From contig CAJMRY010000003.1 of NCBI GenBank assembly GCA_905215935.1, positions 177,341 to 241,340 of the forward strand: a stretch of 64,000 nucleotides of DNA, in the 5' to 3' direction. Source of the stretch: an uncultured bacterium (GTDB lineage: Bacteria > Bacillota > Clostridia > TANB77 > CAG-508). The position numbers were made by a program, and so were the translations under genes. This document shows, piece by piece, positions 43,069-53,969 of the stretch. Under the pieces are notes generated by a model, which saw only the letters and a list, made by a program, of their open reading frames with translations, ran no database searches and was not told the origin of the DNA. Position 1 is the first letter of the stretch; each line of letters begins with the position of its first letter.

Positions 43069-44226
43069 CTATTTCATAACTTCACTAAGCACCTTTGCTA
43101 AATACTTCATACTATTATTCGATTGTTCTAATGTATTACCAGTTGCTCCAACTTCAATAATACATGCTGCTTTAGATACATTTTGATTGTATCTTGAATT
43201 CCTTACAATTATTGGTTTAAAAAGTCCTGGATACATCTCATTTGCTTTTTCTTGAACTTTTATTGCAAATTTTAAATTTTGCACCCAATTATCATGTTCT
43301 AATCCAGATCCGCTACTTCCAATTACAAACATTAATTGTGCAGCATATTCATCACCAATTTTTACTGTTGGAGCATATGAGCTATCTGCAATAGCATCTC
43401 TATGTATATCAATTACAACATCAAAATCTTTATTTGTTTTTAATAAATTTTGTACTGTTACCAATGAATTACCATATGAACCATTATATGATGGATAATC
43501 ATGATATGTTGTATTATGAATTACATTGTATCCATAAGATTTTAGTTTTTTTTCTAATTCAGTTCCAACTCGTGCAACTGAAAAGTTTAAATCTGTTGTT
43601 CTAAAATTACCTGTTTGATTATATTTGCTTGTTTCAGTAGGAGTATAACTTTCACATGTGTGTGTATGGAAAATTAATATATTTTTATTATTAACAGTTA
43701 CACCATTTGTGTCTAACATTTCTTCTGTTAATGAGTATTTACTTTCATTTTTTATCTGCACACTATTATGAGTATTAGTATATTTAGTTGGCACATTGCT
43801 TGGCAACACTTCTGTTTCTACGCCTATCGGTACTTTTTTTGCTCTATCTTGCTCTTCTAAATCTTCACTTGATATACTTGATTCATTACTTAGTTCTATA
43901 AGTTCTTCACTAACATATTTTTTTTCTATAGAATTTAGCACTCCTAATTCTTTGGTCAAAGCTAATTTCAATGGTTCTACATAATTATCATTATCTAAAT
44001 CTCCAATTTCATTTTTATTTACTTCTTGTATTGTAGGAATAGTATCATCTAAACAAGAAATAAAAGCCTTTTTGCTTTCTTCTTCTATTTTTGCCATATT
44101 AGAAATATTTTTTTCCTTAAGTCCAGAAAAATATCTAGCAAGAATACTAACCATAATAATAGCTATTCCAATTCTTACTAGATATTTTACCACATCTTTT
44201 CTATTTATAACTGTTACATTTACCAT
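43069..44226 (-). CDS. spoIIP: stage II sporulation protein P
   Basis: N-terminal TM helix, ILIFHTHTCESYTP, and IDIHRDA, the SpoIIP/amidase-like pattern. Confidence 0.8.
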   Translation of the reverse strand: MVNVTVINRKDVVKYLVRIGIAIIMVSILARYFSGLKEKNISNMAKIEEESKKAFISCLDDTIPTIQEVNKNEIGDLDNDNYVEPLKLALTKELGVLNSIEKKYVSEELIELSNESSISSEDLEEQDRAKKVPIGVETEVLPSNVPTKYTNTHNSVQIKNESKYSLTEEMLDTNGVTVNNKNILIFHTHTCESYTPTETSKYNQTGNFRTTDLNFSVARVGTELEKKLKSYGYNVIHNTTYHDYPSYNGSYGNSLVTVQNLLKTNKDFDVVIDIHRDAIADSSYAPTVKIGDEYAAQLMFVIGSSGSGLEHDNWVQNLKFAIKVQEKANEMYPGLFKPIIVRNSRYNQNVSKAACIIEVGATGNTLEQSNNSMKYLAKVLSEVMK

Positions 44227-44298
44227 ATTTTTCTCCTTTGTCTATAAGCTCTTATATATAAATATATGCTTGTACATAAGAGAATATGATAATTTTAG

Positions 44299-45552
44299 TT
44301 ATTTATTTAAATATTTTTTTATCTCATCTACTTCTAATTTTATATTTTCTTCTTTTCCAGAAATCATTTCTTTTATTTTTGCTTCTCCATTTTTTAATTC
44401 GTCATCACCAATAATTATTATATATTTACTATTTTTCTTATCTGCATATTTAAGTTGTGCTTTCAAACTTTTTCCTGTTATATCTTTTTCTACAAATATA
44501 TCTGCTTCTCTTAAGTTTTCCACTAATTTAGTTGCAAATATATTTGCTTCATCACCAATGTATGCAATATATAAAGACATATTTTTATCTTGAACCATAT
44601 TATCTTTATTGTATTTTTCATAAACTTCTACTAATCTTTCTACACCCATTGCAAATCCAATAGCAGGAGTATCTATTCCCTCTAACTCTTTTACTAATCC
44701 ATCATATCTTCCTCCAGCTAGGACTGTATATCCTTCTTCATCAGAAATAAATTCAAACACAGTTTTTGTATAATAGTCTAATCCTCTTACAATCCCAGGG
44801 TCTACTACATATTCTATGCCTAATGAATTAAGACTATTTTTTACATTTTCAAAATGTTCTTTACATTCTTCACATAAATAATCTAATATAACTGGTGCAC
44901 CTAAATTTAATTCTTTGCATTTTCTTTCTTTACAATCTAAAATTCTCATTGGATTTTTTTCAAATCTTGTTTTACATGTATCACAATACATATCTAAGTT
45001 TGGTCTTATAAATTCTTTTAATGCCTCTTGATATTTTTTTCTACATGTAGGACATCCAATACTATTAATTGTTAATTTTACGTTTGGTATATTTAATACT
45101 TTAAATATTTTACTCGCCATTGTTATAATTTCTACATCAGCTAAATATGATGATGTAGAAAACATTTCGGCACCTATTTGGTGAAACTCTCTAAGTCTTC
45201 CTTTTTGAACATTTTCATATCTATACATAGCCATGTTATACCAAAGCTTTACAGGTGATGGAAGGCTTGCCATTCCATTTTCTATATAAGATCTAACTAC
45301 TCCTGCTGTACCTTCTGGTCTTAAAGTAATACTTCTTCCGCCTTTATCATCAAATGTATACATTTCTTTTTGCACAACATCTGTAGTATCACCAACACCT
45401 CTTTGAAACAATTCTGTATTTTCAAATACAGGTACTCTAATTTCTTTAAATCCATAATTTTCAAATATATTTTTTACTTTAGATTCGATATACTGCCATT
45501 TATATATTTCGCTTGGCAATATATCTTTAGTTCCTTTTGGTTTTTGTATCAT
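44299..45552 (-). CDS. hisS: histidine--tRNA ligase
   Basis: MIQKPKGTKDILP start, RPEGTAGVVR, REFHQIG and GGRYDGLV. The track ORF is extended upstream through a repeat. The ATG at 45552 has a GGGGAG RBS. Confidence 0.92.
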   Translation of the reverse strand: MIQKPKGTKDILPSEIYKWQYIESKVKNIFENYGFKEIRVPVFENTELFQRGVGDTTDVVQKEMYTFDDKGGRSITLRPEGTAGVVRSYIENGMASLPSPVKLWYNMAMYRYENVQKGRLREFHQIGAEMFSTSSYLADVEIITMASKIFKVLNIPNVKLTINSIGCPTCRKKYQEALKEFIRPNLDMYCDTCKTRFEKNPMRILDCKERKCKELNLGAPVILDYLCEECKEHFENVKNSLNSLGIEYVVDPGIVRGLDYYTKTVFEFISDEEGYTVLAGGRYDGLVKELEGIDTPAIGFAMGVERLVEVYEKYNKDNMVQDKNMSLYIAYIGDEANIFATKLVENLREADIFVEKDITGKSLKAQLKYADKKNSKYIIIIGDDELKNGEAKIKEMISGKEENIKLEVDEIKKYLNK

Positions 45553-45575
45553 ACTATCTCCCCTTTTTTTTTTGG

Positions 45576-45679
45576 CGAGTGCCAATAGGGACGGGGCATT
45601 TTGGCACATTCTTTAAATATTGTATTAATTTTGTTATTTTATAAAAAGTGCCAAAATGCCCCGTCCCTATTGGCACTCG
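45576..45679. repeat. perfect 32-bp inverted repeat (GC-rich hairpin-unit family) with a 40-bp spacer
   Basis: cgagtgccaatagggacggggcattttggcac (45576..45607) is the exact reverse complement of 45648..45679. Confidence 0.9.
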
Positions 45680-45691
45680 TTCATAATAATA

Positions 45692-46355
45692 TTACATATC
45701 TCGTCTTTCTTGTAAATCATAATAAATTGGTTTTTCTTCCTTTATTTTCGTAGACTTTCCATGTCCTGGATAAATAATTGTTTCATCTGGTAAAATAAGA
45801 ATCTTATTCATAATAGAACTTATAATATCATCGAAACAACCTGTTGGCAAATCAGTTCTTCCCCAAGTACCTCTAAATATTGTATCACCTGAAAAAACCA
45901 ATTTTTCCTTTTCACAATATAATGAACTTCCTCCATTTGTATGTCCTGGTGTATGAATAACTCTAAATTCTAGCTTTCCGGACATGTATTAAATCTCCAT
46001 CATCAACTCTAGAATCTGCCTCTAATTCTTTGGGTGGTTCCATTCCTATATATGAACATAAACTAATATCATCTCTATATAGCCCTTCTGCATCATATCT
46101 ATGAATTAGTATCTTACCACCTTTTTTATCCTTTAAATAATTTACAGCTCCTATGTGATCACCATGACAATGTGTTAAATAAATATATTTTAAATTAGCA
46201 TCTAAAACATCTAACATTTCTATAATCTTGTCCGCTTCTGCACCAGGATCTATAACTATTGTTTCTTTTGAATTTTCATCTTGTACTATATAACAATTTG
46301 TAGCTTCATTTAACATTGCTGTTACTTTAATTCTCTTTAGTATCATTTTAAACAT
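45692..46355 (-). CDS. MBL-fold hydrolase (hydroxyacylglutathione hydrolase-like) with one in-frame CGG +1 site
   Basis: THCHGDH lies in the first ORF and TPGHT in the second. The junction DGDLIHV-G-KLEFRVIHTPGHT is at CCG 45978..45980. Confidence 0.8.
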
Positions 46356-46363
46356 TCCTTCTT

Positions 46364-48566
46364 TTATTTCTTTCTATTAACTTCATAAATACTATCTATT
46401 TTTCTTAAAGCTTTTAAAATCTTGTTTAGTTCTTCTAAATTTTCTACCTCTACTGTTAATTCTGTTATAGCAATTCTTTCTTTATTAGCCCTAGAATTTA
46501 TTCCAATTAACTTACATTTGTTATTGCCAATTTCTTTTATTATGTCTGCTAATAGTCCATTTCTATCATTTGCATATATTTCTATATCTACACTATAAGA
46601 GGCCTTCTTCTCATTATACCAGTAAACATCTATCATTCTTCCATCTTGGCTAATTAAATCATTCATATTAACACAATCTTTGCGATGTACAGATACACCT
46701 CTTCCTCTTGTAATAAATCCAACTATTTCATCACCTGGAACAGGATTACAGCATTTTGAAAGTCTTACTAAACAATTATCAATGCCTTCTACCACAATTC
46801 CTACATTTGAAGGCTTTATCCTTTCTACTCTTTCTTTAGATAACTCTTGTAATTTTTCTTCTAAATTATCTGCATCATGATCTTTTCTATATTCTTCTAG
46901 CATTCTTGCAATTACTTTACCAGCTGATATTGCTCCAAATCCTACGCTTGAGTACATATCATCTATAGTATTAAATTTATATCTATTTAGTGCAGCATTT
47001 ATAAAGTCTGTTTTAAAGATTTCTGAGTAACTAATACCTAATCTTTTTATTTCTTTTTCTACTAAATCTTTACCTTTTACTATATTTTCTTCTCTTTGAT
47101 TTTTCTTAAACCAACCTTGGATTTTATTTTTTGCACTTGAACTTTTAACAAATTTTAACCAATCTCTACTTGGTCCTTTTGCTTGTTCTGATGTGATAAT
47201 TTCTACAATATCTCCATTATGAAGATGTGTAATAATTGGCATCATTTTACTATTTATCTTAGCTCCTGTCATATGATGTCCTATTTGTTCATGAATGTTA
47301 TATGCAAAATCTATTGGTGTACTTCCTCTTGGTAATACTTTTATTTGACCCTTTGGAGTAAATACATATACCTCATCTTCAAATAATTCTGTTTTTAATG
47401 TATTTAAAAATTCTTGTGGATCTTGCATATCTTTTTGCCATTCTAATGTTTCACGAAGCCATGCAAGTTTATCTTCATTTACAACAACAGATGTCTTTTT
47501 GTCTTTATTTGCTTCTTTATATGCCCAATGTGCAGCAATACCAAACTCTGCAATTCGATGCATATCCCATGTACGAATTTGTACTTCAAAAGGAGTACCT
47601 TTTGGACCAATAAGTGTTGTATGTAAAGATTGATACATGTTTGGTTTTGGAACCGCTATATAATCTTTAAATCTGCCTGGCATAGGATTATATAATTCAT
47701 GTACAACTCCTAAAGCTGCATAACAATCTTTTACAGAATTAACTAGAATTCTTAAAGCAAATAAATCATAGATTTGGTCTAAGTTTTTTCCATCTCTTTT
47801 CATTTTTCTATATATACTGTATAAATGTTTGGCTCTTCCTGTTATTTCTGCTTCAATTTTTTCTTTTTTTAATTCTAATTTTATATCATCCATTATTTTT
47901 TCAATGAATTCTAATCTCTGTTCTCTTTTTCTATCTATGCCTTCTACGATTTCTTTAAAGTCTTCTGGATATAAATATTTAAAAGATAAATCTTCAAGTT
48001 CCCATTTTAAACTATACATACCAAGACGATTTGCAAGTGGAGCATATAAATCCATTGTTTCTTTTGCTATTGCTATTTGTCTATCTCTTTTAAGGAATTT
48101 TAGAGTTCTCATGTTATGAAGTCTATCTGCAAGTTTTATTAATATAACTCTAATATCCTTTCCCATTGCTAAGAACATTTTTCTATAATTTTCTACTTGT
48201 TGTTCTTCGGCACTTGTATAATTTAATTTTCCAAGTTTGGTTACTCCATCGACCATACCGAGCTATTTCTTCGCTAAACTCTTTTGAAATATCTCTTATA
48301 GTTACATCTGTATCTTCTGCAACATCATGTAATAGTGCTGCACATATAGTGCTTTCATCAAGTTCCAAATTAGCTAGTATATATGCAACTTGCAAAGGAT
48401 GTATAATATATGGTTCACCAGATTTTCTTAATTGATCACCATGATGACTTTTAGCATATTCATAAGCTCTTGTAATTATCTTTATATCTGTTTTTCTTTT
48501 ATTTTGCTTCATTTTTTTTATAATATCATCTATTGTTACATCTTTTATCTCTGACACATACATCAC
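46364..48566 (-). CDS. relA: bifunctional (p)ppGpp synthetase/hydrolase RelA/SpoT with one in-frame CGG +1 site
   Basis: The HD domain (HPLQVA..LHDVAEDT) is in ORF 48183..48566. [17 protein letters not shown], and the synthetase, TGS and ACT regions are in 46364..48256. The junction is at CCG 48258..48260. Confidence 0.9.
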
Positions 48567-48670
48567 TCCTTATTTTGTTAATAGGTTTTACTATTAGACT
48601 AAAATTTTGGTTGTTTTTCATGTTATGATTTTAATTTTTGCATTATAGTTCTTTAAACTAATCTTTTTAT

Positions 48671-50359
48671 TTAGTATGACCTTCTAATATCTTTTAGATT
48701 TATTTGTACTTTATCTATCCCATTAAAACTATTAATCTCTAAGTTTCCAACTACATCTACTTTATCTCCAATTAAATAATCATTTGTATAATCTCCCATA
48801 TTAAATCCAATAGCATCGATAAGCATATTATCATCTTTTAATGTTAATTTTAAATGTTTTCCTTCAGATAAAGCTCTAATTGAATCTATTTTTAAATTCT
48901 TGTATAAGAATAATGGCATTTTGTTGCCTTCTCCAAATGGTTCTAATAATTGTAATTCTTGAACTGCTTTTAAATTAATATCTTTTAAAGTAATCTCTTC
49001 ATCTATATAAATAATTGGAATAATTTTATCTATATCACTATTCTTAGCATATTCCTCAAATTGTTTTTTAAATTCTTCAAAATTATCTCTTTTCACTGTT
49101 ATTCCAATAGCCATTGAATGCCCACCGAATTTTTCAATATATTTATCACATTTAGTTAGAGCCTCATGTAAATCAAAACCTGGAATACTTCTTCCAGAAC
49201 CTTTTCCATCACCTTGCTCCTCAAAGCAAATTAGTATACTTGGCTTAAAATACATATCTGTTACTTTTGAAGCAACAATTCCGATTACTCCATGATGCCA
49301 ATTTTCATTTCCTAAAATAATGCAAGATTTATCTTTCTCACCTTTTTCTATTTTTTCAATTGCTTCAGCAAAAATTCTCTTTTCTTTGTCTTGTCTTTCT
49401 TTATTATATTCATTTAATTTATTAGAAATATTTTTAGCTTCTTCTAAATCTTTTGTTAAAAATAATTTTAAAGCTTCTTCTTGATATCCCATTCTCCCAC
49501 ATGCATTAATTCTAGGTGCTACCCCAAAAGAAATAGTTATAGAATCAATCTTTTTATATCCTACTGTATCTAATAAAGTTTTAAGTCCCAAATTTCTAGT
49601 TACTTCTACTAATTTAAGTCCAAGTTTTGCAATTACTCTATTTTCATCAACTAAAGGAACTATATCTGATATTGTTCCAACACATACCAAATCTAGATAT
49701 TTTAAATATTCCTTTTCTTCTAATCCTAAACTAAAACCTATTGCTTGAATTAGTTTAAATACAACTCCAACACCTGCTAATTGATTAAATGGATATTTAT
49801 TATCTTTTCTTTTAGCATCAACTACTGCTAAGGCATTTGGAATAGTTTCTGCTTGTTCGTGATGGTCTGTAATAATAGTCTCTATTCCTAAACTATTTGC
49901 ATATTCAACTTCCTCTATTCCAGAAATTCCACAATCTACTGTAATCATTAAAGTATAGTTTTGTTTTGCAATTTCTTCAATCGCTTTTTTATTTAATCCA
50001 TATCCTTCATCTAGTCTGTTTGGTATATATGTATCTGCTACAATTCCTCTATCTGCTAAAAACTGCTTTAATACAGTTATACTTGTAATCCCGTCTACAT
50101 CATAATCTCCATATATCATGATTTTTTCTTTTGTTTCAATTGCTTTTATAATTCTGTCTACTGCTATTTTCATGTCTGGCATTAGAAATGGATCGTGAAA
50201 ATCATTTCTTGTAGGACTTAAAAACTTTTCTATATCTTCTTTCTTAGATATTTTTTTATTAGATAATATTGTTGCAAGTAATTTACTAACATTAAATTCA
50301 TTTGCAATTTTTTCTACTTCTTCATTATTGTTATTATAACATTCCCATTTCTTGTTCAT
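48671..50359 (-). CDS. recJ: single-stranded-DNA-specific exonuclease RecJ
   Basis: DHH motifs (YGDYDVDGITS, DHHE) and the DHHA1 motif GGHSMAIG. Confidence 0.88.
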   Translation of the reverse strand: MNKKWECYNNNNEEVEKIANEFNVSKLLATILSNKKISKKEDIEKFLSPTRNDFHDPFLMPDMKIAVDRIIKAIETKEKIMIYGDYDVDGITSITVLKQFLADRGIVADTYIPNRLDEGYGLNKKAIEEIAKQNYTLMITVDCGISGIEEVEYANSLGIETIITDHHEQAETIPNALAVVDAKRKDNKYPFNQLAGVGVVFKLIQAIGFSLGLEEKEYLKYLDLVCVGTISDIVPLVDENRVIAKLGLKLVEVTRNLGLKTLLDTVGYKKIDSITISFGVAPRINACGRMGYQEEALKLFLTKDLEEAKNISNKLNEYNKERQDKEKRIFAEAIEKIEKGEKDKSCIILGNENWHHGVIGIVASKVTDMYFKPSILICFEEQGDGKGSGRSIPGFDLHEALTKCDKYIEKFGGHSMAIGITVKRDNFEEFKKQFEEYAKNSDIDKIIPIIYIDEEITLKDINLKAVQELQLLEPFGEGNKMPLFLYKNLKIDSIRALSEGKHLKLTLKDDNMLIDAIGFNMGDYTNDYLIGDKVDVVGNLEINSFNGIDKVQINLKDIRRSY

Positions 50360-50446
50360 ATATTTCTCCCCATTTTTTAAATTTACCCTATTGTATACTA
50401 TTTTATTTGTTTTTTAAAGAGTATTTTGAAAAAAAGGTGAATAAGT

Positions 50447-50483
50447 ACAAAAAAGACCTCGGGTTCGTAGGTTATCCGAGGTA
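50447..50483 (-). terminator. rho-independent terminator
   Basis: On the minus strand, acctcgg-ataacctacgaac-ccgaggt is followed by CTTTTTTG. Confidence 0.65.
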
Positions 50484-50577
50484 CAATCTACTATAGATAG
50501 TATATATTTAAATTTATACTTATCCATTCAAATCACTTGATTTTTGCACTATTTTTTTACTTCAATTTTGTAATATT

Positions 50578-51393
50578 TTAAATTACTATATGGTGTTCTA
50601 CAACATCAACTTTTTCATTCTCTAAATTGACTTCAAAATACACTCCATCTGGTATCCCATTACTATTTATATCTTCTACTAAAGAACCTAATAAATAATA
50701 ATTTATTCCATCTTCATTAATCTTTTTAGTCCAATGTTGATGTCCTGAAAAAACTGCAATTATATTATTATTTTCTTTTATTATTTGTTTTAATTCTTCT
50801 CTATTTTCGAACACAGCATACTCTGGTTTTTCTTCAAACCAATAATTACCTTTCATATCATCTTCTGCAATACCAAAATGTGAGAAAATCATACACGGAA
50901 GTTTATTTTCTTGTAAATCTTTTTGTAACCATTTTAAGTCTTCTTTTGAAATGAATCTTGTTTTATTCACTCCACCATTTATATCTCCCATATTAACCTC
51001 CACATCACTGCCTAATAATACTAAGTGATAACCATTAATATTTATAGAAAATGTAGAATGTTCGTAACCCAAAATTTCTTCTACTTCCCTTCTGGATTCC
51101 ATTGTTGCTAAATCGTGATTACCAATTAATGAATAAAAGGGAAATTTTATATTATTAAATTGTTCACAAATATATTTTATATTCTCCAAATTCTTATCAT
51201 GATTTCTAGTATCTTGAATTAAATCTCCAAGATGTATACATACATCTGGCTTATATTTATTATTAATTTCACCAGTTAATTTATTTAGTATTGATACTGC
51301 AAGCTCAGTTATTTTCCTTTTATTTCTTGGCTCTGTTCCTATATCTAAGTAATGAATATCTGAAAATATAATAATTTTACATTTTTGATTCAT
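50578..51393 (-). CDS. metallophosphoesterase
   Basis: IIFSDIHY, GDLIQD, GNHD and GHQH motifs. Confidence 0.75.
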   Translation of the reverse strand: MNQKCKIIIFSDIHYLDIGTEPRNKRKITELAVSILNKLTGEINNKYKPDVCIHLGDLIQDTRNHDKNLENIKYICEQFNNIKFPFYSLIGNHDLATMESRREVEEILGYEHSTFSININGYHLVLLGSDVEVNMGDINGGVNKTRFISKEDLKWLQKDLQENKLPCMIFSHFGIAEDDMKGNYWFEEKPEYAVFENREELKQIIKENNNIIAVFSGHQHWTKKINEDGINYYLLGSLVEDINSNGIPDGVYFEVNLENEKVDVVEHHIVI

Positions 51394-51431
51394 TAAAATT
51401 CCCCTTTTATTTTACTTTTTATTCATGTATT

Positions 51432-52304
51432 TTAGTCTATTTTAAATTGACTCGCTAATTTATCAATTGTAATTCCACCTTCGTTTTTCCAGTCAATATC
51501 AATACATTCAAATCTTTTATCTTGAAAACTATTAAGTGCTTCTATATCATTGCTATCAAGAGAAAAATTTAATGCTTCTATATTATTATCTATATTTTTT
51601 ATTGTATTTGTTTTTATAATTGTATTTAAATCTTTTGCTTTTACTAACCAATTAAGTAATATTTGATTTTGAGTCTTATTATATTTTTTAGCCATTTCAA
51701 CTAAAAATGGATAATTCATTTTCATTATATTATTTCTTCTTAAAGCTTGATAGCATACAAATTTAATATCATTTTCTTTGCAAAAATTGATTAATCCTAC
51801 ATTCTCATTATATTTACATTCTAAATTATATACACCTTCAAAACTAAACAATTTGAAATTTTTTTGAATTTCTTTTAATGTTTCTAAGTTAACATTACTT
51901 GCAGATAAATATCTTACCTTACCTTTTTTAACTAATCTATCCATTTCTTCATAAGTTTCTAATAAAGGAATCTTTGAGGCATAAGATACATGAACTTGAA
52001 GTGCATCTACATAATCAATGTTCATTCTTTTTAAATATTCATCTAATTGTTTTTCTATATCTTCTCTTTTCTCTATATATGGTTCTAAATGACATGTAAG
52101 AAATATATTATCCTTATTTACTTCTTTAAAAAAATTATATAAAAAATCTACCACATTATAATTATCATATATTAGGCTTGTACTCATAAAATTCTGGCCT
52201 TTATCTACTGAATATAGTAATGATTTTAGAGTATTTTCTTTATTCTCTAAATCAAGTTTATATGTTCCAATTCCTATCGGATTAATTTCACTTTTTTGTA
52301 TCAT
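51432..52304 (-). CDS. aldo/keto reductase family protein
   Basis: 290 aa with an AKR-like pattern (DYVDALQVH, the central SASNV segment, CYQALRR). Confidence 0.6.
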   Translation of the reverse strand: MIQKSEINPIGIGTYKLDLENKENTLKSLLYSVDKGQNFMSTSLIYDNYNVVDFLYNFFKEVNKDNIFLTCHLEPYIEKREDIEKQLDEYLKRMNIDYVDALQVHVSYASKIPLLETYEEMDRLVKKGKVRYLSASNVNLETLKEIQKNFKLFSFEGVYNLECKYNENVGLINFCKENDIKFVCYQALRRNNIMKMNYPFLVEMAKKYNKTQNQILLNWLVKAKDLNTIIKTNTIKNIDNNIEALNFSLDSNDIEALNSFQDKRFECIDIDWKNEGGITIDKLASQFKID

Positions 52305-52414
52305 TTCTTTATTTTCCTCTCTATTTAATAGTTTTTATCACAAATAAAGTAAAATAAATATATACATATCTCTTTTATTATTTGTAATAATTAAACCTTT
52401 AATTTGTAACAAAT

Positions 52415-52975
52415 CTATATATTTTCTGTTTTATAGACTTCAAAATAGTTAACATTATAAAGTTTATGAATATCTTCTGTCCCCATTACTACTACTCGAT
52501 TATTTTCTAAGCCTAATACTTTTAAAATTGATTCTATTGTATATCCTTCATCTTCAATATATTCTACATCAATTTCCAAAAATGGTGGAATTGCTGGAAA
52601 CTTGTCAATATCAAAATCAATTTTTCCTAATTCATAAGATATTCTATGTGCTTTTACATTACTTATTGGATTAAGACCTAATTCAGAAAAAAAGTCCATA
52701 GTTTCTTTCAATCTACTAGTTTTAAATTTTATTCCTTTTTTAGACTCTGGATCACTTTGGTTAACATGCATTGTAACTTTAATATTTCCTTCATCAGTAA
52801 TTCTAATAAGTTTATCTTTCTTATTTAGAAAATATTTATCCAAAGTATCTAATGCTATAATTGTTCTAGTATCATTATATACTTCATTTGCACCAATTTC
52901 TTTTAGTTTTTCAATTAAATTATCAATATCTAAAACTTTAATTTCATGTTCTTTATATTCACTTAAATCCTTCAT
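52415..52975 (-). CDS. CYTH-domain protein (CyaB-like / triphosphatase family)
   Basis: An N-terminal E.K motif (EIKVLDID) and an alternating acidic/basic beta-strand pattern. 186 aa. Confidence 0.45.
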   Translation of the reverse strand: MKDLSEYKEHEIKVLDIDNLIEKLKEIGANEVYNDTRTIIALDTLDKYFLNKKDKLIRITDEGNIKVTMHVNQSDPESKKGIKFKTSRLKETMDFFSELGLNPISNVKAHRISYELGKIDFDIDKFPAIPPFLEIDVEYIEDEGYTIESILKVLGLENNRVVVMGTEDIHKLYNVNYFEVYKTENI

Positions 52976-53095
52976 AAAACACCTCTATCTCACTTTATTT
53001 AAGAAATTATATCATGTTTAAAAAAAACTACAAGTATTTTTAAAACTTAATTCTAATAACAGTTATTATTTAGTAACATTTTTAATGTATATTAT

Positions 53096-53137
53096 AAAAA
53101 AATAGAATAGTAAATTATATATACTATTCTATTTTTT
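53096..53137. terminator. hairpin terminator with A/T runs on both sides
   Basis: aatagaatagta ... tactattctatt, flanked by AAAAA and TTTTT. Confidence 0.55.
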
Positions 53138-53261
53138 ATAATTATATAATCTGTTAATAATATCTTACATTTATGTTATTCTTCTATTTAATTAAATATA
53201 TTAATCTCATCTCCAAAATAATAGATTCCATTTTTATATTTTGCAAATATTAAAATTGATT

Positions 53262-53843
53262 TTATATTATATCAATTATATCTTTATTTATTTCAACAAT
53301 TATTAAAACTCCACTCATATCACAAGTTCCAATCTCAGGTTTTATAATTCTATAATTAACTTTAATTTTGTCTTCATCTATTATACTTGCATTAATAAAC
53401 TGTACTTCATCTGATCCACTAGTTTTCTCAACATATTGTATAGCTAATGAATTTTCTTGAAAAAAATTATTATCATATTGTGTTAATAATTTGTCTAATC
53501 TACCATATAATATATTGCCTTGTTCATCATAAGTATAGTTATTATATTTATGGCAATAATCTTCTAAAGATTCATAATTAGTTATTATTATTTTATCATC
53601 TAAAGAAGTCATATTAGAAATAAATCCAGAATAAAATGTATATCCATACAAATCTTTATTCTTTTGTTCAGGAGTATTGTTTTTGTTATTTTTTTCTTCT
53701 CTTTCCTTATTATACTCTTCATTATCATGTTTTTCAGTCACATTGTCATTATATCGATTATCTTTTGTACTTTGTATGTATATAGTAAATGTGCATCCTA
53801 TAATAATTATAAATAACATTGCATATAAAATCTTTTTCTTCAT
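53262..53843 (-). CDS. putative lipoprotein
   Basis: Signal peptide with a lipobox (MLFIIIIGC). Confidence 0.5.
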   Translation of the reverse strand: MKKKILYAMLFIIIIGCTFTIYIQSTKDNRYNDNVTEKHDNEEYNKEREEKNNKNNTPEQKNKDLYGYTFYSGFISNMTSLDDKIIITNYESLEDYCHKYNNYTYDEQGNILYGRLDKLLTQYDNNFFQENSLAIQYVEKTSGSDEVQFINASIIDEDKIKVNYRIIKPEIGTCDMSGVLIIVEINKDIIDII

Positions 53844-53969
53844 TTTATTTGCCTCCTTTAATTCTATCTATTATTTAGATGCTTTTACTATTCAATTTTG
53901 TTGGCTTTTTGTAATTTTTTATATAATTTATTAGAACCATCCTTACCCTAAATAGCTTTTGAACATACA

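Noticed and set aside
45553-45609. The N-terminal extension of hisS (MCQNAPSLLALAKKKRGDS), and ORF 54544..54738 (MPRPFWHLLGKA...).
   Set aside because: Both are translations of the GC-rich repeat units. hisS has a proper RBS and ATG at 45552, and 54544..54738 overlaps a real gene and the MITE arm.
45553-45691. A T-box riboswitch upstream of hisS.
   Set aside because: The interval is only 139 nt and is occupied by the repeat pair. No T-box sequence or specifier-loop architecture is visible.
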